A stretch of 64,000 bases of DNA, taken from Tubiluchus corallicola. Lineage: Eukaryota; Animalia; Priapulida. A program made the position numbers and the translations under genes. The stretch lies in assembly GCA_030141605.1 (NCBI GenBank), contig JAQGDQ010000479.1, positions 1 to 64,000 on the forward strand. Direction: 5' to 3'. The notes beneath the pieces are model-generated. The model worked only from the letters and a program-made list of their open reading frames with translations, had not been told where the DNA came from and ran no database searches. Shown piece by piece: positions 40,551-52,430 of this stretch (within the stretch, counting starts at the first letter, position 1; each line of letters begins with the position of its first letter).

Positions 40551-41177
40551 GGGCGCGTTCACACTAGAGCGTTTTCTGTCGCAAGTTTTCTCCCTGGCAG
40601 TAAACTCCCAAGTGTGAACTGTTTTGCGAGTTACTGTCGGCAAGAAATTGCAAACTCTCTGACTGCTAGTGTGAACTGCTTTGCGAGTTACTGTCGGCAA
40701 GAAATTGCAAACTCTCTGACTGCAAGTGTGAACTGCTTTGCGAGTTACTGTCGGCAGGAAATTGCAAACTTTCTGACAGCAAGTGTGAACTGCTTTGCGA
40801 GTTACTGTCGGCAGGAAATCGCAAACTCTCTGACAGCAAGTGTGAATTGCTTTGCAGGTTACTGTAGGCAAGATTGTTGCGAGTTGAGTTACTGTCTAAT
40901 GTGAACGCCTCGACGAGTTACTCTCGACATTTCTCGCAGTAAATAGAGAAGTGAGTGTCAGCTCATGCGTACTATTCAAGAGTAACTCGCAGCAAGTTTT
41001 GTTCTCTAGTCTGAACACGCTTGCGAGTTACTCTCGACATTTCTCGCAGTAAATAGAGAAGTGAGTGTCAGCTCATGCTTACTATTCGAGAGCAACTCGC
41101 AACAAGTTTTGCTGTCTAGTCTTGCGAGTTACTTGGTGAATTTGCCTGGCGAGAAAACTAGCTAGTATGAACGTGGC
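40551..41177. mobile_element. PIF/Harbinger-like MITE with internal 57-bp tandem repeat (about 4.5 copies)
   Basis: TTA|GGGCGCGTTCACACTAG...CTAGTATGAACG. The repeat produces the periodic ORF 40404-40904. Confidence 0.6.
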
Positions 41178-41320
41178 GTTGGTGATGTAGTAGTTTCAAA
41201 CCTAAGCAAATCGTGACAGAATTTATACCATTTACAACAACAAGATTTTCATTATTATAGTAAATATGTGTTCGTTTTTTTTCTGAAATTATTCTGCAAG
41301 TATTATTTTGCGTTTTGGTT

Positions 41321-41776
41321 GGGCAAAAAATGGCCAACCAAAGTGTAAGCCTCAGAAAATTCGCAATAAAACATCATATCACCTAAGTATAATCTTAAGC
41401 GAATAAACTACTCACGTTTTCGCATTTACTTAATTTTTTGTAAAGTATTTCAACCGCTGCAGTAAACGTTGGCGCAGACATGTTTTGTTTAGTCCGCCAA
41501 TTGAAAAGCCGACATGTGACTGATCACGTGGCATGACATCACTCGAACACAGTCGCAGTGAGTTCTGAGCACGTGTACTATAAAAATTTGTGTTGTGATT
41601 CTGTGACGCCATCTAATATGGCGCCGCCGTGACAGTCTCACGGGAGTATTTAAAATGAAAACACACAGGAAATTCTTTTAACGCGAGTACGACAAACGCT
41701 TAAGATTGCCTCTAACCGTTATAATTCTTTACCGAAAATTTCTGAGACTTTCTTTAACTAGGCCATTTCTTGTCCT
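41321..41776. mobile_element. MITE family A2 copy (inverted relative to 11451-11905)
   Basis: Near-identical internal sequence, ends TTCTTGTCCT|TTAA. Confidence 0.72.
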
Positions 41777-41854
41777 TTAAAAGTTAAGAATCAATCAAAA
41801 AGAGCAAGAAGACCATTTACTTACATGAAGCTGAAAAAATTCGTCTTGAAATTT

Positions 41855-41865
41855 TATTATTATCA

Positions 41866-41927
<62 letters not shown>

Positions 41928-41952
41928 GATCATCATCATCATCATCATCATC
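41855..41952. repeat. (ATT)n/(ATC)n microsatellite abutting the 5' LTR
   Basis: Directly visible. Confidence 0.95.
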
Positions 41953-42397
41953 TGTNNNNNNNNNNNNNNNNNNNNNNNNNNNNNNNNNNNNNTAATTGTC
42001 AGTTTTCTACAAATGTTTTTTAGCTGCAGCCTCAATATGCCTCCCCATCTCCTAATTTCCATGACTATTGAAAATTAGATAAAGTTTGGAAGAGAAGCAA
42101 CTAGTGAACTTAATGTATTCTGCTATATAAGAAGCCAAGTAAATTTGATGTTGGTTTAACATGTAGAGTATAGGTGACCTTTGCATGAATTAATGTACCT
42201 TCCAATAGGAACTTGTATGTCTGGTCATGTGATTAGAGCTTTATTCTCCCAGGCATGCAAGTTCCAGTTGGTCTTGAGACAGCATTTGGAGAGGTTGAAA
42301 ATTTTCTACTGTAGTGGTATCATAATGTGTCATAAAAGTTTATAATCTGTGAACATTGTACATTTTGCAATAAAATTGTTACAAGTTTTTTAACATC

Positions 42398-42415
42398 TGG
42401 TGCCGAAACCCGGGA
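42398..42415 (+). promoter_or_regulatory. Primer-binding site complementary to the 3' end of tRNA-Phe
   Basis: TGGTGCCGAAACCCGGGA, 2 nt after the 5' LTR. Its reverse complement TCCCGGGTTTCGGCACCA is the recalled 3' end of metazoan tRNA-Phe(GAA). Confidence 0.88.
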
Positions 42416-42691
42416 CGTTCTGAGGAACTGGAATTGGTTTAGATACACAGTGCATAAAGTGCCACATTTTGGAACTGGAATTGGTTTAGTTACAGTGCAT
42501 TAAGTGCTACGTTTTGGAACTGGAATTGGTTTACATGCACAATGCACTGAGTGCTGTACTTAAAATTATTTCTTGCACTTACCTGCATTCCATACAGTAT
42601 GACTAGGAACTGGAAATGGTTTGAATGCACAGTGCATTAAGTGCTGCATTTAAGAAATAATTTTCTTGCACTTACCTGCATTCGTTACAGC

Positions 42692-45600
42692 ATGACAGAT
42701 CAACTCAAATCTTCACAAGCTCAAATTCTTCCTGCACCGGAGGGCGTTTCTGATACCGAAATACGTACCTATGTAACTGGGCCGATACCGATGTCACGTC
42801 TAGAATTGATGGATCTTACACAAAGGGAATTGAAAGATCTCTCACGAGACAAGGGTCTACCAGTCTACGGTACAAAAGCTGAGCTGGTTCGCAGAATACT
42901 GGAATACAGAGAGCAAAATGCCCGTGCCAGCCCAAACGTGATACAGGAGGAACCGGAGACGTCAGCTGCAATGTCGAAGCCTGATTGTGATGAGGAGCCA
43001 GGAGAGAGTGAAGAGGATGAAGCATATCCACTGGTTCCACTGCTAGAAAAACCCAACATAGAGCTGCCCCTGGAGATTGATCAGGAGATTGAGATGTTCC
43101 TGCAGAAAATCAGAATACACAACCACAGATTTACTGAGATGCGGTATGACATGATTAGGTTTAGCAATTCTTTGTATAATTTGTTATGCTTTGAAAATAT
43201 TGAAACTTTGATTGACAAAGCAAACAATTATCTTTCTGATTATACAGATACCGTACAGGAGTTAATTGAGACTTATGGAAAATTGATAGATTGTTATTAT
43301 CGTTGTAATAATGACACCATGGCAGATGCAACCCATGAATTAATTAATTCTAGGGCAGTTTTGAAACAAGATTTGTTAGGCTTACCAAAATTGCTACTAC
43401 AGAAATTTAAAAGCAAAGGTAATTTTGAACTTAATCAGCAGAATTTGATAATAGCTGCCCTAGAGCCTGTGTATCAACCAGCAAGTACTTCAAAAGCTTC
43501 TGGTGTGTTTGTTTCAAAATTCAAAAATGCAGGCAATGCTGCCTTTGCTGGACAGGCAGGTACTAAAGCATATGGCAGTAATGTTTATAATGCTCACGGT
43601 GATCAGAATTATCCCCCTTCATCAGTTTTCAATACAATGATGCAAACCATGGATATGATTGCATCACGTCTTGAACGTCTAGAATCACGTGATCATCACA
43701 TGGCAGACACTAAACCAAAACCTAAACACAGTGTTATGGATAATACATTGCATGAGTCTGTCATTGCTCAAACTTCTAAAGTAACACCTTCACGTTTAGC
43801 AAGTATGTATGCTTCCCCAGTACAGGCATGCCATGCTTCACAGGCATCTAATGAAAGTGATTCTGATGCCTACTTTAGAAATTCGAGATTACCCAAGTTT
43901 CAATTACCCACTTTTTCGGGTGATGGTGATGATTTTCAGGGTTTCTGGTCAATTTTTCATGATGAGATTCACACACGTGCTGATCTGAAAGAAATGAAAA
44001 AATTGAATTACCTAAAAATGTCTTTAAAGGGTGTTCCACTAGAAATTGTGAAATCCTACCCAGCCATACCCGAAAGTTATCAGCAGGCAGTCAATCATTT
44101 GGTAAAGCGGTTTCTAAAGAAAGATGATTTGATAGATAGAAACTTAGATTTGCTTGAAAATTTAGAAACAGTTGCACCAAATGCTACAAACCTTCGAAAG
44201 TTTCTTGACAAAATTGAGTCAATACTGAGAACTTTGGCCATGTTGGGGTATGAGGAAGAGCATTACATAGTCAGACAAATTACCAGGCGTCTTCCAGCTA
44301 ACATAAACAATGAATTGCGTAGAATGTGCTCTGGTATGACCCATGGTTCAAGGTGGAAACTAGATGATTTGATCAGAACCATGGAGTGGTATGTTGAAGA
44401 CATTGAAGCAATTCAAAAGGATAAGAATTCAGTGCCCACACCTACTGAAAAACCCATAAGCAAACCTTCATACAAAAATGCTAAATTGGGTTTTGCAGGT
44501 CGAAGACCAAACTACCAGCATGAATCTGTACTAAGTAATACTGAACAACAGATTGCATTCCAAAGTGAAGGTATTGGGCATCCTGGGTTGTCAAGTCTAC
44601 CACCTAACAAGGGCTCTAATAAGCCTAAAGTGAACAAAGGTAAACCCAAATCAAACAAACCTGTTGGGTCTTCATCGGGATTCAAGAAATTCCCATGTTT
44701 CTTGTGTGGTAAGACTGGCCATCCGAGCAGGTACTGTCACGAGTTGTCAATTTCTGAAAAGAAAGCCGTACTGAAAATGCAAAATAGATGTATGATATGC
44801 ATGTCAAAAACTCATACTGAAGATACCTGCACTAAACAATGTGTTGTTTGTTTGGGTCGTCATAACCTCACTTTGTGTGAAAAGGCTGCATTTAATAAAC
44901 GGCTCAACCCACAATGCGTTGAAATTAGTGCAGTGCCCAAACAAAGCCATCTCACTAATGAGTCTATGCTGTTGAACTCAAAACCAAATTCAAAAACCAC
45001 AATCATGCAGACAGTATTATGTTATGCATTCAACCCTCAAGCATTGATGAAAAGGGAACGAAAACTTCAAGATGGTGTAAGAATCAGAGGGTTTTTAGAT
45101 ACTGGTAGTCACACTAGCTACATAACAAAGTCACTAGCAGACCGACTTGATTTGCCATTAAGCAATAAATCCACTGTTATGTTATCTACATTTGCTAATC
45201 CTGAGCCAAAACGAATTGAGTGCTATGATAGTGTAATAACTTTAAACGGTGGTCCTACCTCTTGCCAATTGGAATTAGATGTAAGGGTTGTACCATTTAT
45301 TGCTCAATATTCTCGAAGGCCTAGTCTCCCTTCTGACATTTATTCAAAGTTAAAGTGCTGGGAAGGTCTCATGGCCGATGTCCTACCAGGTACCCATTCT
45401 TCTGATGATGACCTGAAAGAGCAAATTGAACTCTTAATTGGAAATGATCATTACTTCAGAGTATTGGGTGCTGAGAAGAGAAAATTAGGACCTGACATTT
45501 TTATGTTTGCTAGTTGTCTTGGTTACATTATTGGTGGTACAGTTCAGAAAAAATCCATTGATGCTGAAAATAAAAATGTCACATGTAACACAGCATTATT

Positions 45601-46324
45601 GTCATTTCAGCCTGGTTTTGACACTTCAATGAACTTGATTATTGACAACTCTAGTTTAGATGTTACTAAACCTGAAGTGCACTTGTCATGCATCGACATT
45701 GTTGCCAATTATGATGATAAGACAGAGCGTAGTTATCAGTTAGAGCGATTCTGGTCCCTGGATTCTTTAGGAATTCAGGATTCACCAACAGTTGATGATG
45801 ATGAGATGGCTGTAAGAAAATTTGAAAACTCAGTAGAGTTTAGAGATGGCCGTTATATGGTCAGCTGGCCATTTAAACTTAATCACAAACCACTTCCTGA
45901 CAACTATGCTCTAGCCTTTGGTCGCTTAAAGAGTTGTGTTGCAAAATTAATTGACCAACCTGAGTTGTTAAAGCGTTATCATGGTAACATTATGGAACAA
46001 CTTGAATTAAACATAATTGAAGAGGTCACCCCCGAAGTTACTTGTGGAAAAATACAACATTACATTCCACATCATTGCGTCATTCGAGAGACGTCAAAAA
46101 CGACTCAAGTAAGGATTGTGTATGATGGATCTGCTAAGACACGGCGCAGTAATCCATCGTTAAATGAAATTTTGTACCGTGGGCCCATTATCCTACCGCA
46201 ATTATTAGGTATACTGTTACGCTTTAGATTGTTTCATACAGTACTGATTGCGGACATAGAAAAGGCTTTTTTAAATGTGGGCTTGCACGAAGGCGATAGG
46301 GCTGTACCCGTTTTTTGTGGCTGA
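42692..46324 (+). CDS. BEL/Pao Gag-protease-RT N-terminal part (SAP-like domain, DUF1759-like LPKFQLPTFSG, three zinc knuckles, FLDTGS protease)
   Basis: Knuckles CFLCGKTGHPSRYC, CMICMSKTHTEDTC and CVVCLGRHNLTLC. Also LDTGS, YIPHHCV..RIVYDGS and ADIEKAF. First ATG at 42692. The frame breaks at about 46305. Confidence 0.92.
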   Translation: MTDQLKSSQAQILPAPEGVSDTEIRTYVTGPIPMSRLELMDLTQRELKDLSRDKGLPVYGTKAELVRRILEYREQNARASPNVIQEEPETSAAMSKPDCDEEPGESEEDEAYPLVPLLEKPNIELPLEIDQEIEMFLQKIRIHNHRFTEMRYDMIRFSNSLYNLLCFENIETLIDKANNYLSDYTDTVQELIETYGKLIDCYYRCNNDTMADATHELINSRAVLKQDLLGLPKLLLQKFKSKGNFELNQQNLIIAALEPVYQPASTSKASGVFVSKFKNAGNAAFAGQAGTKAYGSNVYNAHGDQNYPPSSVFNTMMQTMDMIASRLERLESRDHHMADTKPKPKHSVMDNTLHESVIAQTSKVTPSRLASMYASPVQACHASQASNESDSDAYFRNSRLPKFQLPTFSGDGDDFQGFWSIFHDEIHTRADLKEMKKLNYLKMSLKGVPLEIVKSYPAIPESYQQAVNHLVKRFLKKDDLIDRNLDLLENLETVAPNATNLRKFLDKIESILRTLAMLGYEEEHYIVRQITRRLPANINNELRRMCSGMTHGSRWKLDDLIRTMEWYVEDIEAIQKDKNSVPTPTEKPISKPSYKNAKLGFAGRRPNYQHESVLSNTEQQIAFQSEGIGHPGLSSLPPNKGSNKPKVNKGKPKSNKPVGSSSGFKKFPCFLCGKTGHPSRYCHELSISEKKAVLKMQNRCMICMSKTHTEDTCTKQCVVCLGRHNLTLCEKAAFNKRLNPQCVEISAVPKQSHLTNESMLLNSKPNSKTTIMQTVLCYAFNPQALMKRERKLQDGVRIRGFLDTGSHTSYITKSLADRLDLPLSNKSTVMLSTFANPEPKRIECYDSVITLNGGPTSCQLELDVRVVPFIAQYSRRPSLPSDIYSKLKCWEGLMADVLPGTHSSDDDLKEQIELLIGNDHYFRVLGAEKRKLGPDIFMFASCLGYIIGGTVQKKSIDAENKNVTCNTALLSFQPGFDTSMNLIIDNSSLDVTKPEVHLSCIDIVANYDDKTERSYQLERFWSLDSLGIQDSPTVDDDEMAVRKFENSVEFRDGRYMVSWPFKLNHKPLPDNYALAFGRLKSCVAKLIDQPELLKRYHGNIMEQLELNIIEEVTPEVTCGKIQHYIPHHCVIRETSKTTQVRIVYDGSAKTRRSNPSLNEILYRGPIILPQLLGILLRFRLFHTVLIADIEKAFLNVGLHEGDRAVPVFCG

Positions 46325-49206
46325 GGGACCCAACTAAATTTGATTTTTCACCAAAGAATTTAGTCATATATCGCTTCAAGCGAGTAGCTTTTGGCATAAT
46401 TTGCTCACCTTTCCTGCTTGCTGCCACCATCACACATCACCTGAAGTTGCATGATACAGAGCTTTCAAGTCAGATTTTACGAGATCTGTATGTGGACAAC
46501 TTGCTGACTGGTGTTGATGGTGAAGAACAAGCAGTGAGTTTTTACAGTGCTGCTAAACAACTCTTCAAAGAAGCGGGTTTCAATTTGAGACAGTGGTTCT
46601 CTAATTCAAGTCAGTTCCTTGACATGTTACCTGATAGCGATCGAGTCACAGATCCCCACATGAAGGTTTTGGGACTGTTTTATGACCGATTGGAAGACAC
46701 CCTTTCCTTAGTCAAAATTGATGTTACTGCCTTTCGTGAAGCTGACACCAAACGAAAGATCCTTCATTGCGTTTCTTCAGTCTTTGATCCAACTGGTATC
46801 AGTGCTCCATTGCTTCTTCCTGGAAAACTACTATTATCATCATTATGGCAACAAAAGCTGGGTTGGGACACTCAATTGAATGAAGACAACTTAAATTTGT
46901 GGCAACAGGCTGTAAACTTAATACAGTTTACTCAGACATTGACTGTCCCTAGATATATAGCTGCTGTCAATGCTCTATACACAATTGTGTGCTTTGCTGA
47001 TGCTTCGCAAAAGGCTTACTGTTGTGTGCTGTACTTAAGAGTGCATGACATGTCACTTAACTCCTGTCAGTCAAACATTTTGTTTGCCAAAACACGAATT
47101 GTGCCACCCAATAAATTTACCATACCAAGGGCCGAACTTATGGCTGCCTTGATAGGATCTCGTGCGATTGTGTATGCCAAGCAACACCTTCATGTTGACA
47201 TAGAACAAGCATTTCTGTTCATTGACTCATTATGTGTGTTGCACTGGCTGCATTCTCAAAAAAGGCTTTCTGTCTTTGTCAGAAATCGGATTCAAGAGAT
47301 AAAAGAAGTGCCCAATCTGGAAGTCAGGCACATTTCATCCGATTTAAATCCTGCAGATAAAGGGACGAGGATAACGGAAAGGCCTATTTCAGAATCATGG
47401 TTACACGGTCCTACCTTTCTTACGCAAGAGATCGTAACTTGGCCTGTCTCTTCTTCTGCTCCCAGTCTTACACAAGAGCAAGAAATTGAAGTAGAGTCTG
47501 AAATGCCCAATACCAAGGAAGTCTTCTTTGAAACATCTTGTGTAGCTAATGCCATAGCCTGCAAACAAAAAATTGGCAATGTGATTAACATCAATGATTA
47601 CTCATCGTTAGACAGACTTCTAATAGTCACTGCCTTTGTACTCAGAATTATGCAAGTAATTGTACATTACAAAGAGGGCCTAAGATTGAGCGAAAATCTC
47701 GTTACCATACAGGAGACAACACAGGCTTTGAAACTGTGGATCAGATGGATACAGTTTACTTACCTTGATTTTGTTCAGCAAAAATTGCAAAGGGCCTCTT
47801 CTAATGTCACCTTCTTTGTGAATGATGCTGGTCTAATTGCTTGCAAAACAAGATTTCAGAATAAGCACAGTTTATTAACATCACAACCACTATTACTACC
47901 AAATTGTAAACTTGTAGAACTAATTGTGCAACATATACACAAAGTATATTGCCATGTTGGCGTATCACAGGTTTTGGCAATTTTCCGCATTAACTATTGG
48001 GTGCCTAATGGGCGCAATATCATAAGAGCTATCTTAAGAAAATGTTTAACATGTAGAAGATATGAAGGTGGTCCTTATTGCTCACCTCCATTTAAACAGT
48101 TACCTGATGAGCGTCTGGTACCCTCTTGTCCCTACTCTTATGTGGGAGTAGATTATATGGGGCCTATTTTGTATAAGAGTGGTACTTCTAAAACCAAGAA
48201 CTTGACAAAAAAGTCTTGGATAGTGTTGTTCGACTGCTTGACAACTAGGGCAGTTCATTTAGCTCTAGTTACAGACATGACAGCAGAATCTCTAATACTA
48301 GTCTTGAGAAGGTTCATAGCTCGCTATGGCTGTCCTAAAAAAATGTATTCAGATAATGCACCCACCTTCAAGCTAGTTCGAAATACCATGGATGCTCATT
48401 TCAATTCTGTATTGCATAGTAGGTTGTGTCAAGAATTTGCTACTAAATCTGGTTTTTCATGGTCTTTCATTATCCCCAAAGCATCACATCAAGGGGGTCA
48501 TTATGAAAGACTTGTTGGTCTGGTAAAACGCACTCTCAGAAAAACAACATTGTGCAAACCTCTTCCTTATGAAATACTGGTGACTGTACTAGAAGAGATC
48601 CAGTACATTATCAACTCCAGACCACTCTGTTATGTTGACTCATCCACGTTAGAAGCATTGTCGCCAAATTCCTTTCTCATGCCTACTGGACATCGTCCAC
48701 CTGGCATCCAAGACCTTGAAAGTAATGTGTGCAATGACCCAGATTTCCAACCAACGATAAAAGCATTAATTGAGAATTGGAAAAATGGTCAGAAACAAGT
48801 TAAACAATTTTGGAAACGGTGGCAAACTGAATACCTTGGAGACTTGCGTGCAAGAACCCAGTCAGAGCTGGTAACTAAAAAGGGTGCACTCAAACAAATT
48901 CCAAAAATTAATGATGTTGTTCTAATTAAGGAAGAAAATCACCCAAGAGGGAGATGGAAATTAGGCCGAATTTCTCGGTTGTTAGGCAGTAGTGATGGGG
49001 AAGTACGAGGTGCTGAAGTGGTACTGGCTAATGGAAACTCATTGCAAAGACCCGTACATCATTTGTATCCTATCACTCAGGCAGCATCTGACCAACCTCT
49101 TACTTGCAAGTCTCCAATGCTCGTCAAACGTATGTTAACTAAACGAGAATCAGCTGTCAAAGCAAGAAAAATTATCAAAGGTCTGATCGATAATGATAAG
49201 CTTTAA
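46315..49206 (+). CDS. BEL/Pao Pol continuation: RT, RNase H, integrase
   Basis: FGIICSPFLL, LYVDNL, FADASQKAY..IPRAEL..NPAD, HHCC zinc finger and DDE integrase (GVDYMGP, SDNAPTF, GGHYERLV). It continues the upstream ORF across a 1-bp frameshift. Confidence 0.93.
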   Translation: MWLRDPTKFDFSPKNLVIYRFKRVAFGIICSPFLLAATITHHLKLHDTELSSQILRDLYVDNLLTGVDGEEQAVSFYSAAKQLFKEAGFNLRQWFSNSSQFLDMLPDSDRVTDPHMKVLGLFYDRLEDTLSLVKIDVTAFREADTKRKILHCVSSVFDPTGISAPLLLPGKLLLSSLWQQKLGWDTQLNEDNLNLWQQAVNLIQFTQTLTVPRYIAAVNALYTIVCFADASQKAYCCVLYLRVHDMSLNSCQSNILFAKTRIVPPNKFTIPRAELMAALIGSRAIVYAKQHLHVDIEQAFLFIDSLCVLHWLHSQKRLSVFVRNRIQEIKEVPNLEVRHISSDLNPADKGTRITERPISESWLHGPTFLTQEIVTWPVSSSAPSLTQEQEIEVESEMPNTKEVFFETSCVANAIACKQKIGNVININDYSSLDRLLIVTAFVLRIMQVIVHYKEGLRLSENLVTIQETTQALKLWIRWIQFTYLDFVQQKLQRASSNVTFFVNDAGLIACKTRFQNKHSLLTSQPLLLPNCKLVELIVQHIHKVYCHVGVSQVLAIFRINYWVPNGRNIIRAILRKCLTCRRYEGGPYCSPPFKQLPDERLVPSCPYSYVGVDYMGPILYKSGTSKTKNLTKKSWIVLFDCLTTRAVHLALVTDMTAESLILVLRRFIARYGCPKKMYSDNAPTFKLVRNTMDAHFNSVLHSRLCQEFATKSGFSWSFIIPKASHQGGHYERLVGLVKRTLRKTTLCKPLPYEILVTVLEEIQYIINSRPLCYVDSSTLEALSPNSFLMPTGHRPPGIQDLESNVCNDPDFQPTIKALIENWKNGQKQVKQFWKRWQTEYLGDLRARTQSELVTKKGALKQIPKINDVVLIKEENHPRGRWKLGRISRLLGSSDGEVRGAEVVLANGNSLQRPVHHLYPITQAASDQPLTCKSPMLVKRMLTKRESAVKARKIIKGLIDNDKL

Positions 49207-49724
49207 GTAATTATCTTACCTCACGCTGTATAATTACATTCACATCTTTCTCGTTGTACATCAGCGTCCAGAACAATGCAACCCATAAAGTTTTTATGAG
49301 TTGCGTATTGGTATTATTGTTATATCTATGACTTGCGCATTAGTATTACTGTTAAATTTTTAATGATTTTGAAGGGATAATTAAACTACATGGCTGTTAG
49401 GAAATGGCACTTGCAGTAGCCCATAGCACTGTTAGTCCCTTCCTCAGTTTTTATCAATTTTGTTACATTGTTTAGTTTTGTTTTGAAATTGATTACATGA
49501 TTACTAGATGCTGATTACATTGATTATTAGACGACTTTAAATGTATTGTCGGTTTTGTAGTGCCAATTAACAAAGTCTGATTTTGATAATGTATAATAGT
49601 AATTTTTTCTCTGATGCTGTATTGTATGTATTGATGTGGCTTTGTGATTCATGACATGACATTTTGTGTTTGCTCTGTAGCTAATGACTTTTTCCATTTT
49701 CCTTTTTTTTCTCTGTTGGCGCAG

Positions 49725-50168
49725 TGTCGCTTATTGTACGCGATTGTATTATTATGTAATCTATTTAATTGTCAGTTTTCTACAAATGTTTTTTAGCTGC
49801 AGCCTCAATATGCCTCCCCATCTCCTAATTTCCATGACTATTGAAAATTAGATAAAGTTTGGAAGAGAAGCAACTAGTGAACTTAATGTATTCTGCTATA
49901 TAAGAAGCCAAGTAAATTTGATGTTGGTTTAACATGTAGAGTATAGGTGACCTTTGCATGAATTAATGTACCTTCCAATAGGAACTTGTATGTCTGGTCA
50001 TGTGATTAGAGCTTTATTCTCCCAGGCATGCAAGTTCCAGTTGGTCTTGAGACAGCATTTGGAGAGGTTGAAAATTTTCTACTGTAGTGGTATCATAATG
50101 TGTCATAAAAGTTTATAATCTGTGAACATTGTACATTTTGCAATAAAATTGTTACAAGTTTTTTAACA
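49725..50168 (+). repeat. 3' LTR of the BEL/Pao element
   Basis: TGT...ACA ends, internal TATATAA and AATAAA, matches 41993-42395. Confidence 0.95.
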
Positions 50169-51295
50169 GCATAGCATGCATACTAAATGTCTTAAAAACT
50201 TTAAAAAATTATCAGTAGTTGCAAAATGAAGTACATTTTATGCTTCCATTATACTGAACAAAAGTACAAAGCCAAAACATTTTTTCTTATTAACAAATAA
50301 TTTGGGACTGAAAGGGTTAATACAATGTTTAGCTGGGCTCATCAGTCTTTCAGATGATTAGCTCTTAAAACCTTTAAATATCCTCACCTGTTGTGGAGAT
50401 CGCTGGCATCTATTAGAATTAAATGTGCAATTTTATAAATATAGCTTTGTTTGTTTGCTATACCCTCTCGGCTGTTCACACGCAACACATCACGAGCCAC
50501 ACAGTCACAGCAGTAGTAAACAACAGCTATAAACTATCAAAAACTCAAAACTTTTTACTCTAGCTTAAAATTGTAACAGCGTCGAGAACAGTTACATGTT
50601 TAAGAATTACATGGAAGCTTCAAAGCAAAAAGGTCACCAAATCATAGATGACCAGCTTTGCATATGATAAAATCATATAGTAGCTTGCTAACATCGCCAA
50701 AAAAAATTGTCATTTTTCACCAATGCTATATGAACTGATGAAGATGACAATATGAAATTATCAGACAACATCTGAAGATGACAATGTTACGAAATATTTG
50801 TATCTTTTTTTTCTAACTTATAAACTCGGTAACCCAAAGCTGCCTGTCAGAATTAAACGCTTGTGTCCATCATGTTGCACCTACCAAAATTATTTTCTTC
50901 ACAGTAAGTAATAAAATAAAATGAAGCTGAAACTGAAACGTTTAACATTTCACCACCGTTACGAACGTTTGTGTAATGACAGTATAGCATACGCGTGCTA
51001 GGCCTATAGGCTTTTACAGTGGACATGGCTTTGGACCGGTCCATTTCAAACAAACAAAAACTTGGCGTCGTTGCCCAGGCCAACCTGTTCACGGAGAAAT
51101 GTTGCACGGAGTATTCTGTATAGTTTCTTATGCTCGGTTTACTCGTATAGGTAAGCCTGGTACAAGTCATTCAGTACCTGAAGTTTTAAGCAACAACCAG
51201 GTGTAATACTTAGCTAATAGGCTGTATTATGTGTTTTGTACTTTACATGGGATTCATTATTATTCGTTCTGCCTTTCTTTTTTCTTCTAATGTGC

Positions 51296-52430
<1,135 letters not shown>

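Larger units (their letters stand above)
41953..50168 (+). mobile_element. BEL/Pao LTR retrotransposon, near full length
   Basis: About 444-bp LTRs, TGT..ACA (41953-42395 partly in the N gap; 49725-50168), identical by eye. PBS present. Polyprotein order is Gag-PR-RT-RH-IN, with triple CCHC knuckles and YVDN RT. Confidence 0.96.

Noticed and set aside
46290-46330. Programmed ribosomal frameshift between the two retrotransposon ORFs
   Set aside because: The break is inside RT rather than at the gag/pol boundary, and BEL/Pao elements normally have one ORF. A 1-bp deletion explains it.
49207-49724. env-like third ORF or clear polypurine tract
   Set aside because: Only about 520 bp of AT-rich sequence with no ORF. 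The sequence before the 3' LTR (TTGGCGCAG) is not a convincing purine run.
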